From a virus (lineage: Duplodnaviria; Caudoviricetes): DNA of 36,272 nt. A program made the position numbers and the translations under genes. Within the stretch, counting starts at the first letter, position 1. Each line of letters starts with the position of its first letter. Shown one piece after another: positions 16,659-26,621 of this stretch. The stretch spans positions 1 to 36,272 of IMG/VR virus record IMGVR_UViG_3300032258_000006; one strand, given 5' to 3'. The notes beneath the pieces are model-generated. The model searched no databases. It had not been told where the DNA came from and was given only the letters and a program-made list of their open reading frames with translations.

Positions 16659-18642
16659 TGAATAGCCCCCCGCCTTGCTTTAGGCGCTCCCTTTCTTCAT
16701 CAGACATTTCACGTTCAAATTTGGCTTTTGACTGAGCTTTTTTAGTTATCGACATGGCCAATGAATCTCGTTTTAACTTATCCGCATCAAATGAAAGCAG
16801 AAATGGCTTGCTACCGTCACCAGTCATCAACATAGCATCATTAACTATTACCGCGTAACGGTTGTTTGCCACCCCGATAATTCCAGTTTGAGGCTTTCTA
16901 ATTAGATCGGATACCTGCTTATCACTCATACCCCACACACCACCATGCTCTGCTACTGTCTCAGAAGAAACGGAATCTATATAATCAGTGAAATCACCCT
17001 TGTCAATGCCCCGTGGAAGCTCTAACTTTTCCCCTCTAATTACACCTATTCCACCAGAAACGGATTTGATTGCATCTTCAAAGCTATCGTCTGAGAAAAA
17101 TCCGCTTTCTAATCCTGGCGCGTTGAGGCTGGCATAATATGCAACCGATGCATCAAACATATGTACGCGATCTCTACCTACATACGCCCCGCCAACAATA
17201 GAGTCAAATGCTGACAATAGCGTTTTGCTGTCTTCGTCAAGGTTGATCATCTTATCTTTTAGAAGCTGCTGACCTTTGAATACACCTTCCATGATGCTGG
17301 GGTCACCAATCGCGCCAGTCATTGCAAAAAGGCCGGCGTTTTTCCTGTCCAACTGACTCCATACAGCGTCATTATCCCTAAAAGATAGAGCCATTAACAC
17401 TTTTTGTTTCGGGGTACTACTCGGCAAAAGGTCGACAAATAAACCAGCTTCATCCTCCGAAAGTGGGGGAATAGGCCGGCCATAGTGAACGCTAAGATAC
17501 TCAGCCTGCTCTAGACGAGCCTGAAATGATGTAGGATCGTTTAAATCAATCGGGATCTCTTTAATTATGTCTTGCTTTACAGCGAAACCATAAGCGTCCT
17601 TGTCTAGCTCGGATTCTATTGTCTCGCTAGCATTCTCAAGGTTAAATCTAAGCTCAGCGCCTTGAACGCCATGCGCCTCTGTAATTTCACCAAGCATTTT
17701 ATCTCTAGTGGCCTTGGGAAGTGTGATAAATTTACTTGACCCCTTGGCTATCATTAGCTCTTCCTGAAGCCCTGCAAGTGGCGCAGCAAGTTCAGCTGAG
17801 GCAAGCTCATCATCTCGCACCAGGTAGTTATTGTTTAAGGATAGAATGGTATCTTTTACTAATTCAGTGGCCTGCTTTTTGGCTGCTACTGTAGATTTGT
17901 TTTTCACCTGGGCAATCTCAGTTATTGCCATGGCTTCGAATTGGCTTTGCTCTTCAGCGCTCAGCGCTTCGTATTCATTATTTCGAATGCTCTCAAGTGC
18001 CGCTAGAGGATCTTTACCTATATCCTGCCTTACCTTTCCTCGGCTAAGATCCTTTTTGAACTTCTTAATCTTGGCTTGATACTCTTCTGAGTCGATGACC
18101 CCAACCTCAAGGGAATGAGCCATAAGCGCATCACCTTTAGAAACCACTTCGTCAAACTGATCTTGATCGCCCCTAATAGCAATACCTGCTAAATCATCAA
18201 GTGAAGAGTCCAAGATAGCCTGTTGCTCTATAGCGTCCTGCTTGAGCACGTTTGACTTAATATCCAACCCTTTGTTGAATGCGAATTTATCAACATTCTT
18301 GCGCCACACATCAAACTGCTGCTTATTACCGAATCGCTCTTCATAACGCCCTTCAAGTTCATCATAGAACTCTTTATAGCGGGTGTTTTGTGTGCCGTAG
18401 TCACGATCTTCATTTTTAAATTCAAACGCCTTTGATTCTATTTCCTTCAGCGCTTCAGTTGTCGCCCCTGCTAGCTCCATGTCTTTGCGGTTTTGCTCAT
18501 AAGCCAAAATAGTATCAGCGCCAACATTGGCCAGATTGCGCATTGACTCAGCAGCCTGATCTAACCCGCCTACGCTAGGCACACCGCGCTGCGGTTCAAG
18601 CGTCTTTTGCCCTAACTCATTACCAAGATTAATTACAGGCAT
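16645..18642 (-). CDS. Internal virion (ejection) protein
   Basis: 665-aa helical protein in T7 gp15-like position. Confidence 0.7.
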   Translation of the reverse strand: MPVINLGNELGQKTLEPQRGVPSVGGLDQAAESMRNLANVGADTILAYEQNRKDMELAGATTEALKEIESKAFEFKNEDRDYGTQNTRYKEFYDELEGRYEERFGNKQQFDVWRKNVDKFAFNKGLDIKSNVLKQDAIEQQAILDSSLDDLAGIAIRGDQDQFDEVVSKGDALMAHSLEVGVIDSEEYQAKIKKFKKDLSRGKVRQDIGKDPLAALESIRNNEYEALSAEEQSQFEAMAITEIAQVKNKSTVAAKKQATELVKDTILSLNNNYLVRDDELASAELAAPLAGLQEELMIAKGSSKFITLPKATRDKMLGEITEAHGVQGAELRFNLENASETIESELDKDAYGFAVKQDIIKEIPIDLNDPTSFQARLEQAEYLSVHYGRPIPPLSEDEAGLFVDLLPSSTPKQKVLMALSFRDNDAVWSQLDRKNAGLFAMTGAIGDPSIMEGVFKGQQLLKDKMINLDEDSKTLLSAFDSIVGGAYVGRDRVHMFDASVAYYASLNAPGLESGFFSDDSFEDAIKSVSGGIGVIRGEKLELPRGIDKGDFTDYIDSVSSETVAEHGGVWGMSDKQVSDLIRKPQTGIIGVANNRYAVIVNDAMLMTGDGSKPFLLSFDADKLKRDSLAMSITKKAQSKAKFEREMSDEERERLKQGGGLFNAFN

Positions 18643-19097
18643 TACTTAGCCACCTCACTACCATACCACCCAGCCTGCCCACCGATGGAAATAGCCGATG
18701 ATGCAAAGTTAGCGACTCCAGCAGTTGCCGCTTGACTACCACGTAAACTAAAAACATCGGCCTGCTGTCGTAGTGCGGTGGCCCTGTCTCCAGCGTTTAA
18801 AGTTTCAGTGAAAGCGTCTTGCTCGGTTCTTTCGACAATATCCTTATTAATCAAGTTGCCGGTAACGCTATCAATATCAACACCTGATGCGGCCATTGCA
18901 GCTCTAGCACTTGCAGCAATACGCTTTCCGCGCTCCCGTGTTTTGGCGGCGCGCATTTCACCCGCTTGCTTTTCAGTCTCAGCGTTGGCGTTGGCCTGAT
19001 CTGCTTGAAACCCAGCAATATCTTGCTGATTCTTAACGGTCACAGCCGTACCAACAGCAGTCGCGGCAAGAGCGGCAAATTCAAATCCGGTGCACAT
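18642..19097 (-). CDS. Internal virion protein (T7 gp14-like)
   Basis: MC start, Ala-rich, ARAAMAASGVD motif; start trimmed to ATG 19097. Confidence 0.75.
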   Translation of the reverse strand: MCTGFEFAALAATAVGTAVTVKNQQDIAGFQADQANANAETEKQAGEMRAAKTRERGKRIAASARAAMAASGVDIDSVTGNLINKDIVERTEQDAFTETLNAGDRATALRQQADVFSLRGSQAATAGVANFASSAISIGGQAGWYGSEVAK

Positions 19098-19098
19098 G

Positions 19099-19554
19099 CT
19101 AAACACTCCCCATTGACATAATAGAACCAAACTTTTCAAACCCACAAAGGCTATATAATTTTTCAGTTTCTTGAACATTAACACCGGTTGATATTCCAGC
19201 CGTGATAAATTCTGGCTTAACACCTTTTGACTTTGCCCACTCTGCATATTGCTTGGCAAGCTTCAATGATGAGCGTTGCCCCCTGAATTCTTTTTTAACA
19301 AACAAGGCGAAATCACCAGCCATTAAATCGTCACTAAACCAATGGGGCGACACGTAGCCAATAAACCCGCCAACAACCCGACAATCAACCTCGACCACTA
19401 GGAATAGGTAATCTTCAGAGTCCACAGCTAGCGTAAATAAATGAGCCACTTTTTCAACATTATAATCAAGCTCTGAAAATCTGCTTTCTTGGTGCATTTC
19501 ATAGCCGAGATAAATTAACGGCTCCAAGTCGCTATATATTGCTGGTCTTATCAT
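19099..19554 (-). CDS. GNAT acetyltransferase-fold protein (T7 gp13 position)
   Basis: MIRPA...D, LFVKKEFRG, LY..CGF motifs. Confidence 0.82.
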   Translation of the reverse strand: MIRPAIYSDLEPLIYLGYEMHQESRFSELDYNVEKVAHLFTLAVDSEDYLFLVVEVDCRVVGGFIGYVSPHWFSDDLMAGDFALFVKKEFRGQRSSLKLAKQYAEWAKSKGVKPEFITAGISTGVNVQETEKLYSLCGFEKFGSIMSMGSV

Positions 19555-21998
19555 CGTGGGTTAACCGTTAGTTGTAATATTATTGATAAAACATGCACCG
19601 GCAAAGCGTTTGGCTGCTCAATTGAGATATAGCCGCGCTCTTGCCATCCTTGATTAAGTACATCAAAGATCCCAGTGTAGACGGGCGGGGGAAGATCTAG
19701 CAGGCTGTCACCAAACGACCGATAATCTATGTACTGATCATTAATATTCAAGGCAAACGTGTTCAGTACTTGTATAGATATTTTGGCTATTCGAACATTA
19801 TTACCCTGGGCGCTACCACTCTGGGTGAAAAACTCAGGACTTAAGGTCTTTATGTAACCGCGGGATGGTAGACCAATGCTAACCTCGCTAGCCACGCGAG
19901 CAATAACAACTTGACCGCTAGAAACAACCACGCTGGGTACAATAATAGCATCCGCCACAACCTCTACCGTTTCGCCTTCCAGGTGATTCAGCCCACTCCA
20001 TGTATCCGTAGGCGTGCCAGTCGTGGCACTGATTGCACTAGCCAGCCCGTAAACAGAGGCAGGGTCGAATGATTCGATATACCTGGTTGTGCCGGTATTT
20101 ACTACACACCAAACTTCATCAACACCATCAGCATTAGGCATTGATTCGACACTTTCATAAGTGGTGCCCGCTGTAGGCACCTGACGGCACCACGCTAAAA
20201 TACCCTCTTCTCTGTCAATGCATGAGGTGACCATAACGCCATCTTCACGCACAGCCCACAAGATAGATTCGGGCTCTTGTTGGTAGGTCATATCAACAAC
20301 GCCATCACCAGTTATATGTTCAGACAGCTTTACTAGATCCGGTGAGCTGAAACTATCCCGCGTTATCTGGTAACCAAGGCCGCGAATCTTACGCCCTGTT
20401 CGATTTGAAAAAACTAGCTCATTATCTACACGCACCGGCCTCACTGTATTACAGCCGTAATCGCTTGGGTTTGCCACTTGTACATTTGTCGGTGTCATTG
20501 GAGACTCAACGCCGCCGGTCAAGGTAAACTCACTACCGGACGTAAGCACTAGCAACTGACTCTTAACTTTGCTCATGTGCAAAATAGGGTCGTATTCATC
20601 AACATCTAGCGTGTAAAGGAACGCGTCATCATCAAGAACGCCAAGCTCAAAATTTAAATATTCACTTGTGCGTGATTTTGCCACTGAATGAGGGTAAGCG
20701 GGAGACCCGCCAACGACTAAGCTCTGTTGAAAAAACGTCCCGCACCTTGGGTATCCGTTAGCCGCATTCCAAATTGACTGATTGAGAGTCCAGGCACCAG
20801 CTTGAGCCGCTGCATCTGATGACATTACTTGTCTAACTATCGCATCAACTGAGCTTGTTGAATTGTATGCGGTAATCTCCATTAGTCCGCCGTTGATCTG
20901 GATAAACGCCCCAACATCACCAGCACGCCACCCGTTAGCCGCTGTACCAGTAGCAACACTTCGCACCGTGCCATATGCCGATATAGCTCCTGGATCTGGC
21001 GCATAGTTTACAGAAAAAATATCAGTCGAAGCCGATACTAACTCATAGAATCCATTGTATTCAACCGGCGTACAGCCTTCGATTTGAACTGTATTTGCAG
21101 CTGAATACCCATGATTAGCAACCGTGCTAAAATCAATCTCAGGCGGTACGGCCACGCCATCAAATACAGCAGCATCCAAGGTTAGTCGCGTACCGTAAAT
21201 TGTGCCGGTGGATAACTGAAGCTGTATGGTTTCGCCGATTGAGCCATTGGTGGATGGAGTGCATACCGCCTGCGGTGCGCCTGTTATAGTCCAGACACTA
21301 GCCGCGATACTTGTACTATCAAAAGCAGTTTCGATGGTGCATGTAACAACGGTAGGGCTGGTGTAGCCAGTAATGAGGGCAACACCATTCAGGTATGTGA
21401 TACGCCGACCCACATCAGCAGATAGAAAAGATGCGCCACCCGCTGTGAATGTACGACCGGCCCCAACAGTTGCCGCGCTTAATGTCAGTGTTTCAGCTGG
21501 GTTCAATCCCTGCTCAAAGAAAGGTTCAGGTGAGAATGGTGTATTTTCAATTGACCAATTATCATTTTCAAATCTGCGTAGCCGCTGGACCGGGTGATTT
21601 TCATGGAACAAAAATATAGTATCAGCACCACCAACATACTCAATATCGAACAACTCAGTCTCATCATAGACCGTTGCTATCTCGTAAGGGTTTAGACCAT
21701 CCATTACCTGCGTACGGTCTTGGTTAAAAAATCTAATGTAGTTATGCCCAAACTCAAGCATATTTGATTCTGACTTGGAAAATTCGAATTTTATAAGACG
21801 GCAAGGCTTATCTGCGTGCTTAGCCGTTGCGTTGTAACGCCTCATGGGTGTTGACTTAGCACCGCCCTGTATCTGCGGCACAAAACCATACATCTCAGCT
21901 ACGGCGTTTTTATAGCGCTCTACATCATAACGCCCAAACAACTTTGGCGAGATTTCCCCCGCCGTGAAGTTGGTTTGAACAAGGTTAGCATTAGCCAC
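19551..21998 (-). CDS. Tail tubular protein B / nozzle
   Basis: QTNFTAGEISP N-terminus, GYP...F.Q..L, YQQEP...W motifs. Confidence 0.88.
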   Translation of the reverse strand: MANANLVQTNFTAGEISPKLFGRYDVERYKNAVAEMYGFVPQIQGGAKSTPMRRYNATAKHADKPCRLIKFEFSKSESNMLEFGHNYIRFFNQDRTQVMDGLNPYEIATVYDETELFDIEYVGGADTIFLFHENHPVQRLRRFENDNWSIENTPFSPEPFFEQGLNPAETLTLSAATVGAGRTFTAGGASFLSADVGRRITYLNGVALITGYTSPTVVTCTIETAFDSTSIAASVWTITGAPQAVCTPSTNGSIGETIQLQLSTGTIYGTRLTLDAAVFDGVAVPPEIDFSTVANHGYSAANTVQIEGCTPVEYNGFYELVSASTDIFSVNYAPDPGAISAYGTVRSVATGTAANGWRAGDVGAFIQINGGLMEITAYNSTSSVDAIVRQVMSSDAAAQAGAWTLNQSIWNAANGYPRCGTFFQQSLVVGGSPAYPHSVAKSRTSEYLNFELGVLDDDAFLYTLDVDEYDPILHMSKVKSQLLVLTSGSEFTLTGGVESPMTPTNVQVANPSDYGCNTVRPVRVDNELVFSNRTGRKIRGLGYQITRDSFSSPDLVKLSEHITGDGVVDMTYQQEPESILWAVREDGVMVTSCIDREEGILAWCRQVPTAGTTYESVESMPNADGVDEVWCVVNTGTTRYIESFDPASVYGLASAISATTGTPTDTWSGLNHLEGETVEVVADAIIVPSVVVSSGQVVIARVASEVSIGLPSRGYIKTLSPEFFTQSGSAQGNNVRIAKISIQVLNTFALNINDQYIDYRSFGDSLLDLPPPVYTGIFDVLNQGWQERGYISIEQPNALPVHVLSIILQLTVNPR

Positions 21999-22353
21999 GC
22001 GCTAGAACCTTTTCGAGAGTTTCATCAATTTCCATGGCATCACACATGATAGTGATCACAGAATCAAAGATGGCGCGCTCTGTATCTTCGCCAACAAACG
22101 GGATATTAATTTTACTATTGATAACATCTACCAGCCGGCCTTTCATTCCAACCGAAGTTCCACGCTCGATACCGGTGGCAGCATCCTGCATTAAAGCGAC
22201 GAACTCAGCGGGTAAATACTCCTCAACCTCTACGGAAATGCGCTCAACAGCCCACGCAACTGCACGCACTTCTAGAAATTCAGGCACGTATGGAATATCA
22301 ATAGAACCGGCTACTTTTTCCGCAATAGAATCAATCTGGTTTTCAGTAAACAC
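21991..22353 (-). CDS. Hypothetical protein with internal DIP.V/NIPFV repeat
   Basis: GTG start with GGAG; follows lysozyme. Confidence 0.65.
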   Translation of the reverse strand: MFTENQIDSIAEKVAGSIDIPYVPEFLEVRAVAWAVERISVEVEEYLPAEFVALMQDAATGIERGTSVGMKGRLVDVINSKINIPFVGEDTERAIFDSVITIMCDAMEIDETLEKVLARG

Positions 22354-22357
22354 AATA

Positions 22358-22798
22358 CTACTCCTGGGGGTAAGCCCCTGTTTTCATCATTTCACTCAAT
22401 ACGCGAGCACGGCCTTTAACTTGACGCGCCCACCGGCTGTTTAGCATCTCAATGGATGCGTTAACATAATCACCGCCAGCAATAAGGCGGATTGTATTTT
22501 TAAAACTGTTGAATGTTGGCATGCCCATGTTGAACACCATGTTAACAACAACATCACGGCGCACCGCGTCCAACTCACCAAACCAATCAAACTTACTTGC
22601 ACACTCAATTGTGGCATTTGCTACATCATGCTTTAAAAGTTGTTCTGCAATATGATCAGGGATGCCATTGGCCTCAAGATTATGACCCCAACCGATTGTT
22701 AACTTATCAGCAGGGCACTGGTATGGCATGTACAAGCCACCTTTTTTTGGCCCCGTCCCCTCTTGCTCTTTTAGCATTTTAATTAATTGATCACGCAT
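22358..22798 (-). CDS. Endolysin, T4-lysozyme-like (GH24)
   Basis: EG...PY.C...KLTIGWGHNL; NMVFNMG; SRWARQV..RA. Confidence 0.9.
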   Translation of the reverse strand: MRDQLIKMLKEQEGTGPKKGGLYMPYQCPADKLTIGWGHNLEANGIPDHIAEQLLKHDVANATIECASKFDWFGELDAVRRDVVVNMVFNMGMPTFNSFKNTIRLIAGGDYVNASIEMLNSRWARQVKGRARVLSEMMKTGAYPQE

Positions 22799-22812
22799 AT
22801 TAACCTCAATAG

Positions 22813-23424
22813 TTAAGACAAAGACCGCCTAGCACCAAGAATCTCAAAGCTACCCAAAGTTGCCGGGCTCTCATCCTGTCCATCAACCGCTCTGCATTGG
22901 GCCATATATCGCCGCAAATCACCATTAAGCTGATCGCGTAACGATGTGCTTTGAGTTACCGCATAAGCCATTCTTGCGGCCATGGCCAGCTCAACCGCAG
23001 CGACAAGCATCGCATCCCAACTCTCAACGTCTTTATTTTTCCAAATGTAAACCAACTGCAAACCAGGCTGATCGATTAGCAGGCGCTTACCACCGTTACC
23101 ATCACCGACCGTCTCAGTACGATAATCAACCGCATCCGCTTGAGTGCCGTTAATCTCAACATTACGGAGCCAATCAGACGGGAGTATGTAGCGATAGGCG
23201 AAGCCAAACTCTGGAGTAGTGGCCTCTGGCGATAGAAGAACGCGAGTTGTTGCGCAACTCCAGTTGTGTGAGCGTAAAATTGCATTGCGCACAGTTGGCC
23301 ATAGATTAGCACATAGTCGCGCAGTATCTAATCCACCGGCCTGCGAGCCCTCAGAAAATGAGTTGATTGGAGATGCGCCCAATATCTGTAGGGCATTTGA
23401 GCAAACTGCAACATCCGAAGGCAT
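22813..23424 (-). CDS. Tail tubular protein A / adaptor
   Basis: SDVAVCSNAL..LGA.PI, LRSHNW.CA, Y.LPSD.LR motifs. Confidence 0.85.
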   Translation of the reverse strand: MPSDVAVCSNALQILGASPINSFSEGSQAGGLDTARLCANLWPTVRNAILRSHNWSCATTRVLLSPEATTPEFGFAYRYILPSDWLRNVEINGTQADAVDYRTETVGDGNGGKRLLIDQPGLQLVYIWKNKDVESWDAMLVAAVELAMAARMAYAVTQSTSLRDQLNGDLRRYMAQCRAVDGQDESPATLGSFEILGARRSLS

Positions 23425-23439
23425 GGATTATTATCTCCT

Positions 23440-23467
23440 AAAAAGTACCCGCATATTTCAGCGGGTA
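23440..23467 (-). terminator. Intrinsic terminator after cement gene
   Basis: acccgc-loop-gcgggt followed by a U-run on the minus strand. Confidence 0.55.
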
Positions 23468-23485
23468 AATAACAAGGGGGGAAGA

Positions 23486-23968
23486 TTAACCGGGTAACGC
23501 GACGATAACATCAATGCGGAATTGCTGATCATCATCAGGATTTGCTGCTAACAATGTAGCGTACACGTTTGAAACGGTATCGGTTCGCTGCACTGATTCA
23601 GTTGCACTAACATTAATTAGCGCACCAGCTGCACCGGCGTCTGTTTTGATACCAGCCGCCGCAACGTCTAATCCATCAGCAATACCATCGACATCGATAA
23701 CAGTCTGCGCCGGATCAACATCAGCAGATGCACGCAACCCGATATCCATCGTGACAGATGTACCCATCGCCTCGTGGAATACCTTGTAACCAACAATGCG
23801 AGTACCCACGGGTAGATTAACAGGTGATGCAACTGTATCGTTTTCAGCCCACGCGGCTGTCGCTGGTGAACTTAGCGTAATGACCTGTAAGCGACCAAGG
23901 GCCTCATCATTGCGTAGCTTGGTTCCTGCGGCCACTTTTGCAGCCTCTAGAGTGACAATTTCAGCCAT
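23486..23968 (-). CDS. Capsid cement/decoration protein
   Basis: Beta-rich 160 aa, LPVGTRI motif, directly after capsid gene. Confidence 0.7.
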   Translation of the reverse strand: MAEIVTLEAAKVAAGTKLRNDEALGRLQVITLSSPATAAWAENDTVASPVNLPVGTRIVGYKVFHEAMGTSVTMDIGLRASADVDPAQTVIDVDGIADGLDVAAAGIKTDAGAAGALINVSATESVQRTDTVSNVYATLLAANPDDDQQFRIDVIVALPG

Positions 23969-24025
23969 TTTAATTAACTCCTAAAAAATTTTGATTTCCG
24001 CGCCTGTGACGGCGCGGGTTAACTA

Positions 24026-24889
24026 TTACTGAAACGCAATCTCTACAACGCGCTTTGCTTCAGTGCGTAGTGCGCCGTAGCTAGCAGCCATCGAGACTTG
24101 CATAGTGTCCTTTTTGTCTCCACGGCGTTGAACATTACCCTCAACGAAGCCAGAACCGAATTGAATACCAGACTTTGCCCATGCTACGTTGTAGTAGGTA
24201 GTTCCATCGTTATAGATCGACTCGTAGGGTATCCATGTGAAACCAAGCCACTTACCACTAACATCGCCGTTCTGTAGCATTTTTACCGCTAAGAAGTCGG
24301 CACTGGTTAGTGTAGTATCGTTGAGGATATCCTCAAGAGTCTTAGAGTCATAAGTAATAAATAACTCTTCACCCTCATGCTCGTCGACTTCATTGCTGCG
24401 AAAAATCTTTTTGCACTCGATCAGCTTAGCCTTTGTCATACCAGCCGAACCGTGCGCGATCTTTTGCGTTGACGGCAACGCTTCAGTTGAGCCGTCTTTA
24501 AGAACCTGAGTGCCGCGCGATGCGTTATAGATAATCTTATCGCAGCGGCGGTTGCGGTTACGAATTAACAAATCCATATATGAGCCTGATGGATTCGCAA
24601 GCAACTTTGGCTCATCAGCACGATCTACCGGCAACGCTTTGTAATAATCGAGCATAGTAGCCAGCGGGGTTAGATGCGTTACATCACTCCACACCGTGTC
24701 ACCGTGTCGAGTGGAATTTTCGTCTAGCAGGCTCCCATCATCGTCAAGCATATTAGCTGTAAATGATTCGCCGGTAATTGTGCCGCGATCAGTAACCGCT
24801 CTCATTAAGCGTGACTCAGATTGTCCTGACTCGATTCTGATCTGCGTATCAAACTGCTGTACAAACGCCTGTTCGATTGATTCTGGCAT
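24026..24889 (-). CDS. Major capsid protein
   Basis: AFVQQF...Q.ESRL N-terminus, WLGFTW, GA.RTEAKRVVEI C-terminus. Confidence 0.9.
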   Translation of the reverse strand: MPESIEQAFVQQFDTQIRIESGQSESRLMRAVTDRGTITGESFTANMLDDDGSLLDENSTRHGDTVWSDVTHLTPLATMLDYYKALPVDRADEPKLLANPSGSYMDLLIRNRNRRCDKIIYNASRGTQVLKDGSTEALPSTQKIAHGSAGMTKAKLIECKKIFRSNEVDEHEGEELFITYDSKTLEDILNDTTLTSADFLAVKMLQNGDVSGKWLGFTWIPYESIYNDGTTYYNVAWAKSGIQFGSGFVEGNVQRRGDKKDTMQVSMAASYGALRTEAKRVVEIAFQ

Positions 24890-25011
24890 TGTCTTAACCT
24901 CATTAATTATGCCTTGCAGGTTATCCTATTCGGGCCTAGTACAAACATGCTGTCGGCTTAGCACATTCGGGCGTGTAGGTTATTCGGGTGCCATCCCGAG
25001 CCTATGCGCTA

Positions 25012-25043
25012 ATAATAGGCTAATCCCTCGTCGATATCCCGTC
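25012..25043 (-). promoter_or_regulatory. Late promoter 1 (capsid operon)
   Basis: GACGGGATATCGAC-12 nt-TATTAT; same architecture as 31748-31779. Confidence 0.65.
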
Positions 25044-25162
25044 TAAACGCGTGCGCACGCGAGGGGTGGCTATAAATGAGGATTTAGGCGATCTCAAGGG
25101 CCAAAACCATGACCAATAAACGTTAAATGCAAACTAAATGCAAACTAAGTGCAGATATCTAC

Positions 25163-25191
25163 TTGCATTTTACATTTAACGATGCTAAGCT
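25163..25191 (+). promoter_or_regulatory. sigma70 promoter for second early operon, with upstream taaatgcaaac repeats
   Basis: TTGCAT-17 nt-TAAGCT; 11-bp tandem repeats from 25124. Confidence 0.6.
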
Positions 25192-25226
25192 TTAATCAAC
25201 ATCAACAAACACAGAGAGTAAACAAA

Positions 25227-25466
25227 ATGAGTAACGTACTTTTCGAGATCTTAGAAGGCATCTACGGCAGCGGCTGTGCACTAGAAACTTTAGCTGATGA
25301 AGACATGGTTGTTAATTATGCGGAATCAGCAGGCCACGACATCGACTATGACCAAGCAAAAAAAATCATCAGCGTAGGCAAGCAGTGGGTTGATGATATC
25401 GAGAACGGAAACGGCGAATGGTCTCGCATGCGCCACGAAGCAATGACCGCACTAGAGGGGAAATAA
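25227..25466 (+). CDS. Acidic hypothetical protein
   Basis: ATG 25227 after GAGAG; first gene of operon. Confidence 0.7.
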   Translation: MSNVLFEILEGIYGSGCALETLADEDMVVNYAESAGHDIDYDQAKKIISVGKQWVDDIENGNGEWSRMRHEAMTALEGK

Positions 25467-25467
25467 A

Positions 25468-25761
25468 ATGCAAAAAGGCAGCATGACAAAAGACCAGGTC
25501 GTTAAGATAGTAGGATTGCAGGCGGTTGAAGAAGTTGAAAGGGAAAACTGCGAGCCGACTAATCGTGTAGGATACAATGGGGTTACACAAGGTGATAGTC
25601 TGACCGAGTGGAGTGCTATGGTCAGTTGTAAGGATAATGATGGTGATGAGGTTTATTTGGTGGCTTATTACTATACGACAAATGAACAAGATGAAATCAT
25701 AGCTGAAACTGGTGATGGTGGGTCTATCAGCTGGGAGATTGATGGATACGAAGTAGTGTGA
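25468..25761 (+). CDS. Acidic hypothetical protein
   Basis: GAGGGG RBS; coupled to neighbours. Confidence 0.75.
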   Translation: MQKGSMTKDQVVKIVGLQAVEEVERENCEPTNRVGYNGVTQGDSLTEWSAMVSCKDNDGDEVYLVAYYYTTNEQDEIIAETGDGGSISWEIDGYEVV

Positions 25762-26003
25762 ATATCGTGGCGGTGTGTTGCTTGATAATTATCATAGGGA
25801 TTTTCGGTACCTTTATAATTATCGCGGCAACACAAGGGATTACATCAGCAGTATTGGTAATCTCACTTGTTTTATATTGTTTTGTTGCGAGCTTGTTTAG
25901 CCAATCTCCATTTTCGACCGGCAAACAATGTCAGTTTAACAATTTAATTATGGTGATTTACGCCCTGATGCTGCTGGGTATTTTCGCTAAATCTCTCACC
26001 TAG
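25758..26003 (+). CDS. Small multi-pass membrane protein
   Basis: About three hydrophobic segments; GTGA overlap. Confidence 0.55.
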   Translation: MNIVAVCCLIIIIGIFGTFIIIAATQGITSAVLVISLVLYCFVASLFSQSPFSTGKQCQFNNLIMVIYALMLLGIFAKSLT

Positions 26004-26028
26004 CAAACGGTAGTTGAACGAGGTTATG

Positions 26029-26244
26029 ATGAATGAAAAACAGTTTTATTTAATAGCTAGTAAGCTTATTAAGCGCGACGATGAAAAAACAATGCGTGCG
26101 TGTAGTGATGTGATATTGCATGGATCTACTATCTACGCCGCCGAAAAAACAAGAGGATGCATTAAGGGGACTCTTGGGCGAAAAGTCCGGGCAATACAAT
26201 CTAATTATGATCATGCGGTCGAGGTATGCAGCCATGAAAAATAA
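26029..26244 (+). CDS. Small HTH protein (TrfB/KorA-like)
   Basis: M...QF......A..V..G.....A...G....L...V pattern; GAGG RBS. Confidence 0.55.
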   Translation: MNEKQFYLIASKLIKRDDEKTMRACSDVILHGSTIYAAEKTRGCIKGTLGRKVRAIQSNYDHAVEVCSHEK

Positions 26245-26458
26245 ATCTGATTACGATGAGGGTGCTATTGCTGCAGTTGCCTGGAATAACTCGCCTATTT
26301 ATGCTCAATTCGATAGAACCGTTTCGTCTGAGTACATTATGAGCTTGTTTCTCCCCCCAGTGCCACAGGATCTAATGCAGATATCCCGCCCGCTACCAAA
26401 GCCCTACGCAGATTGGTTGCGTGGGTTTAATGAGCATAGAGGAGCCGTGACACCATGA
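26234..26458 (+). CDS. Hypothetical protein
   Basis: ATG 26234 with GAGG; overlaps neighbours. Confidence 0.6.
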   Translation: MKNKSDYDEGAIAAVAWNNSPIYAQFDRTVSSEYIMSLFLPPVPQDLMQISRPLPKPYADWLRGFNEHRGAVTP

Positions 26459-26610
26459 AGAAGCTATTAATAATAGGTTTTTTATCAAGTCTGCTTATGG
26501 TCACAGCCGTAAATAGCAATCTAACCTTTGCAATTCAAGCCGGCATGCTATTAGCGGGGGCATCGACTCTACTGACATGCGCGTCTTACTTGCTTATCAA
26601 GTATTTTTAA
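26455..26610 (+). CDS. Small membrane protein (51 aa, not in ORF track)
   Basis: GAGGAG RBS; MKKLLIIGFLSSLL... two hydrophobic segments. Confidence 0.6.
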   Translation: MKKLLIIGFLSSLLMVTAVNSNLTFAIQAGMLLAGASTLLTCASYLLIKYF

Positions 26611-26621
26611 CTGGGACTACC

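Noticed and set aside
24889-25150. Misassembly or recent inversion separating scaffold from capsid
   Set aside because: The capsid operon has its own copy of the late promoter motif, and no matching recombination site was found here.
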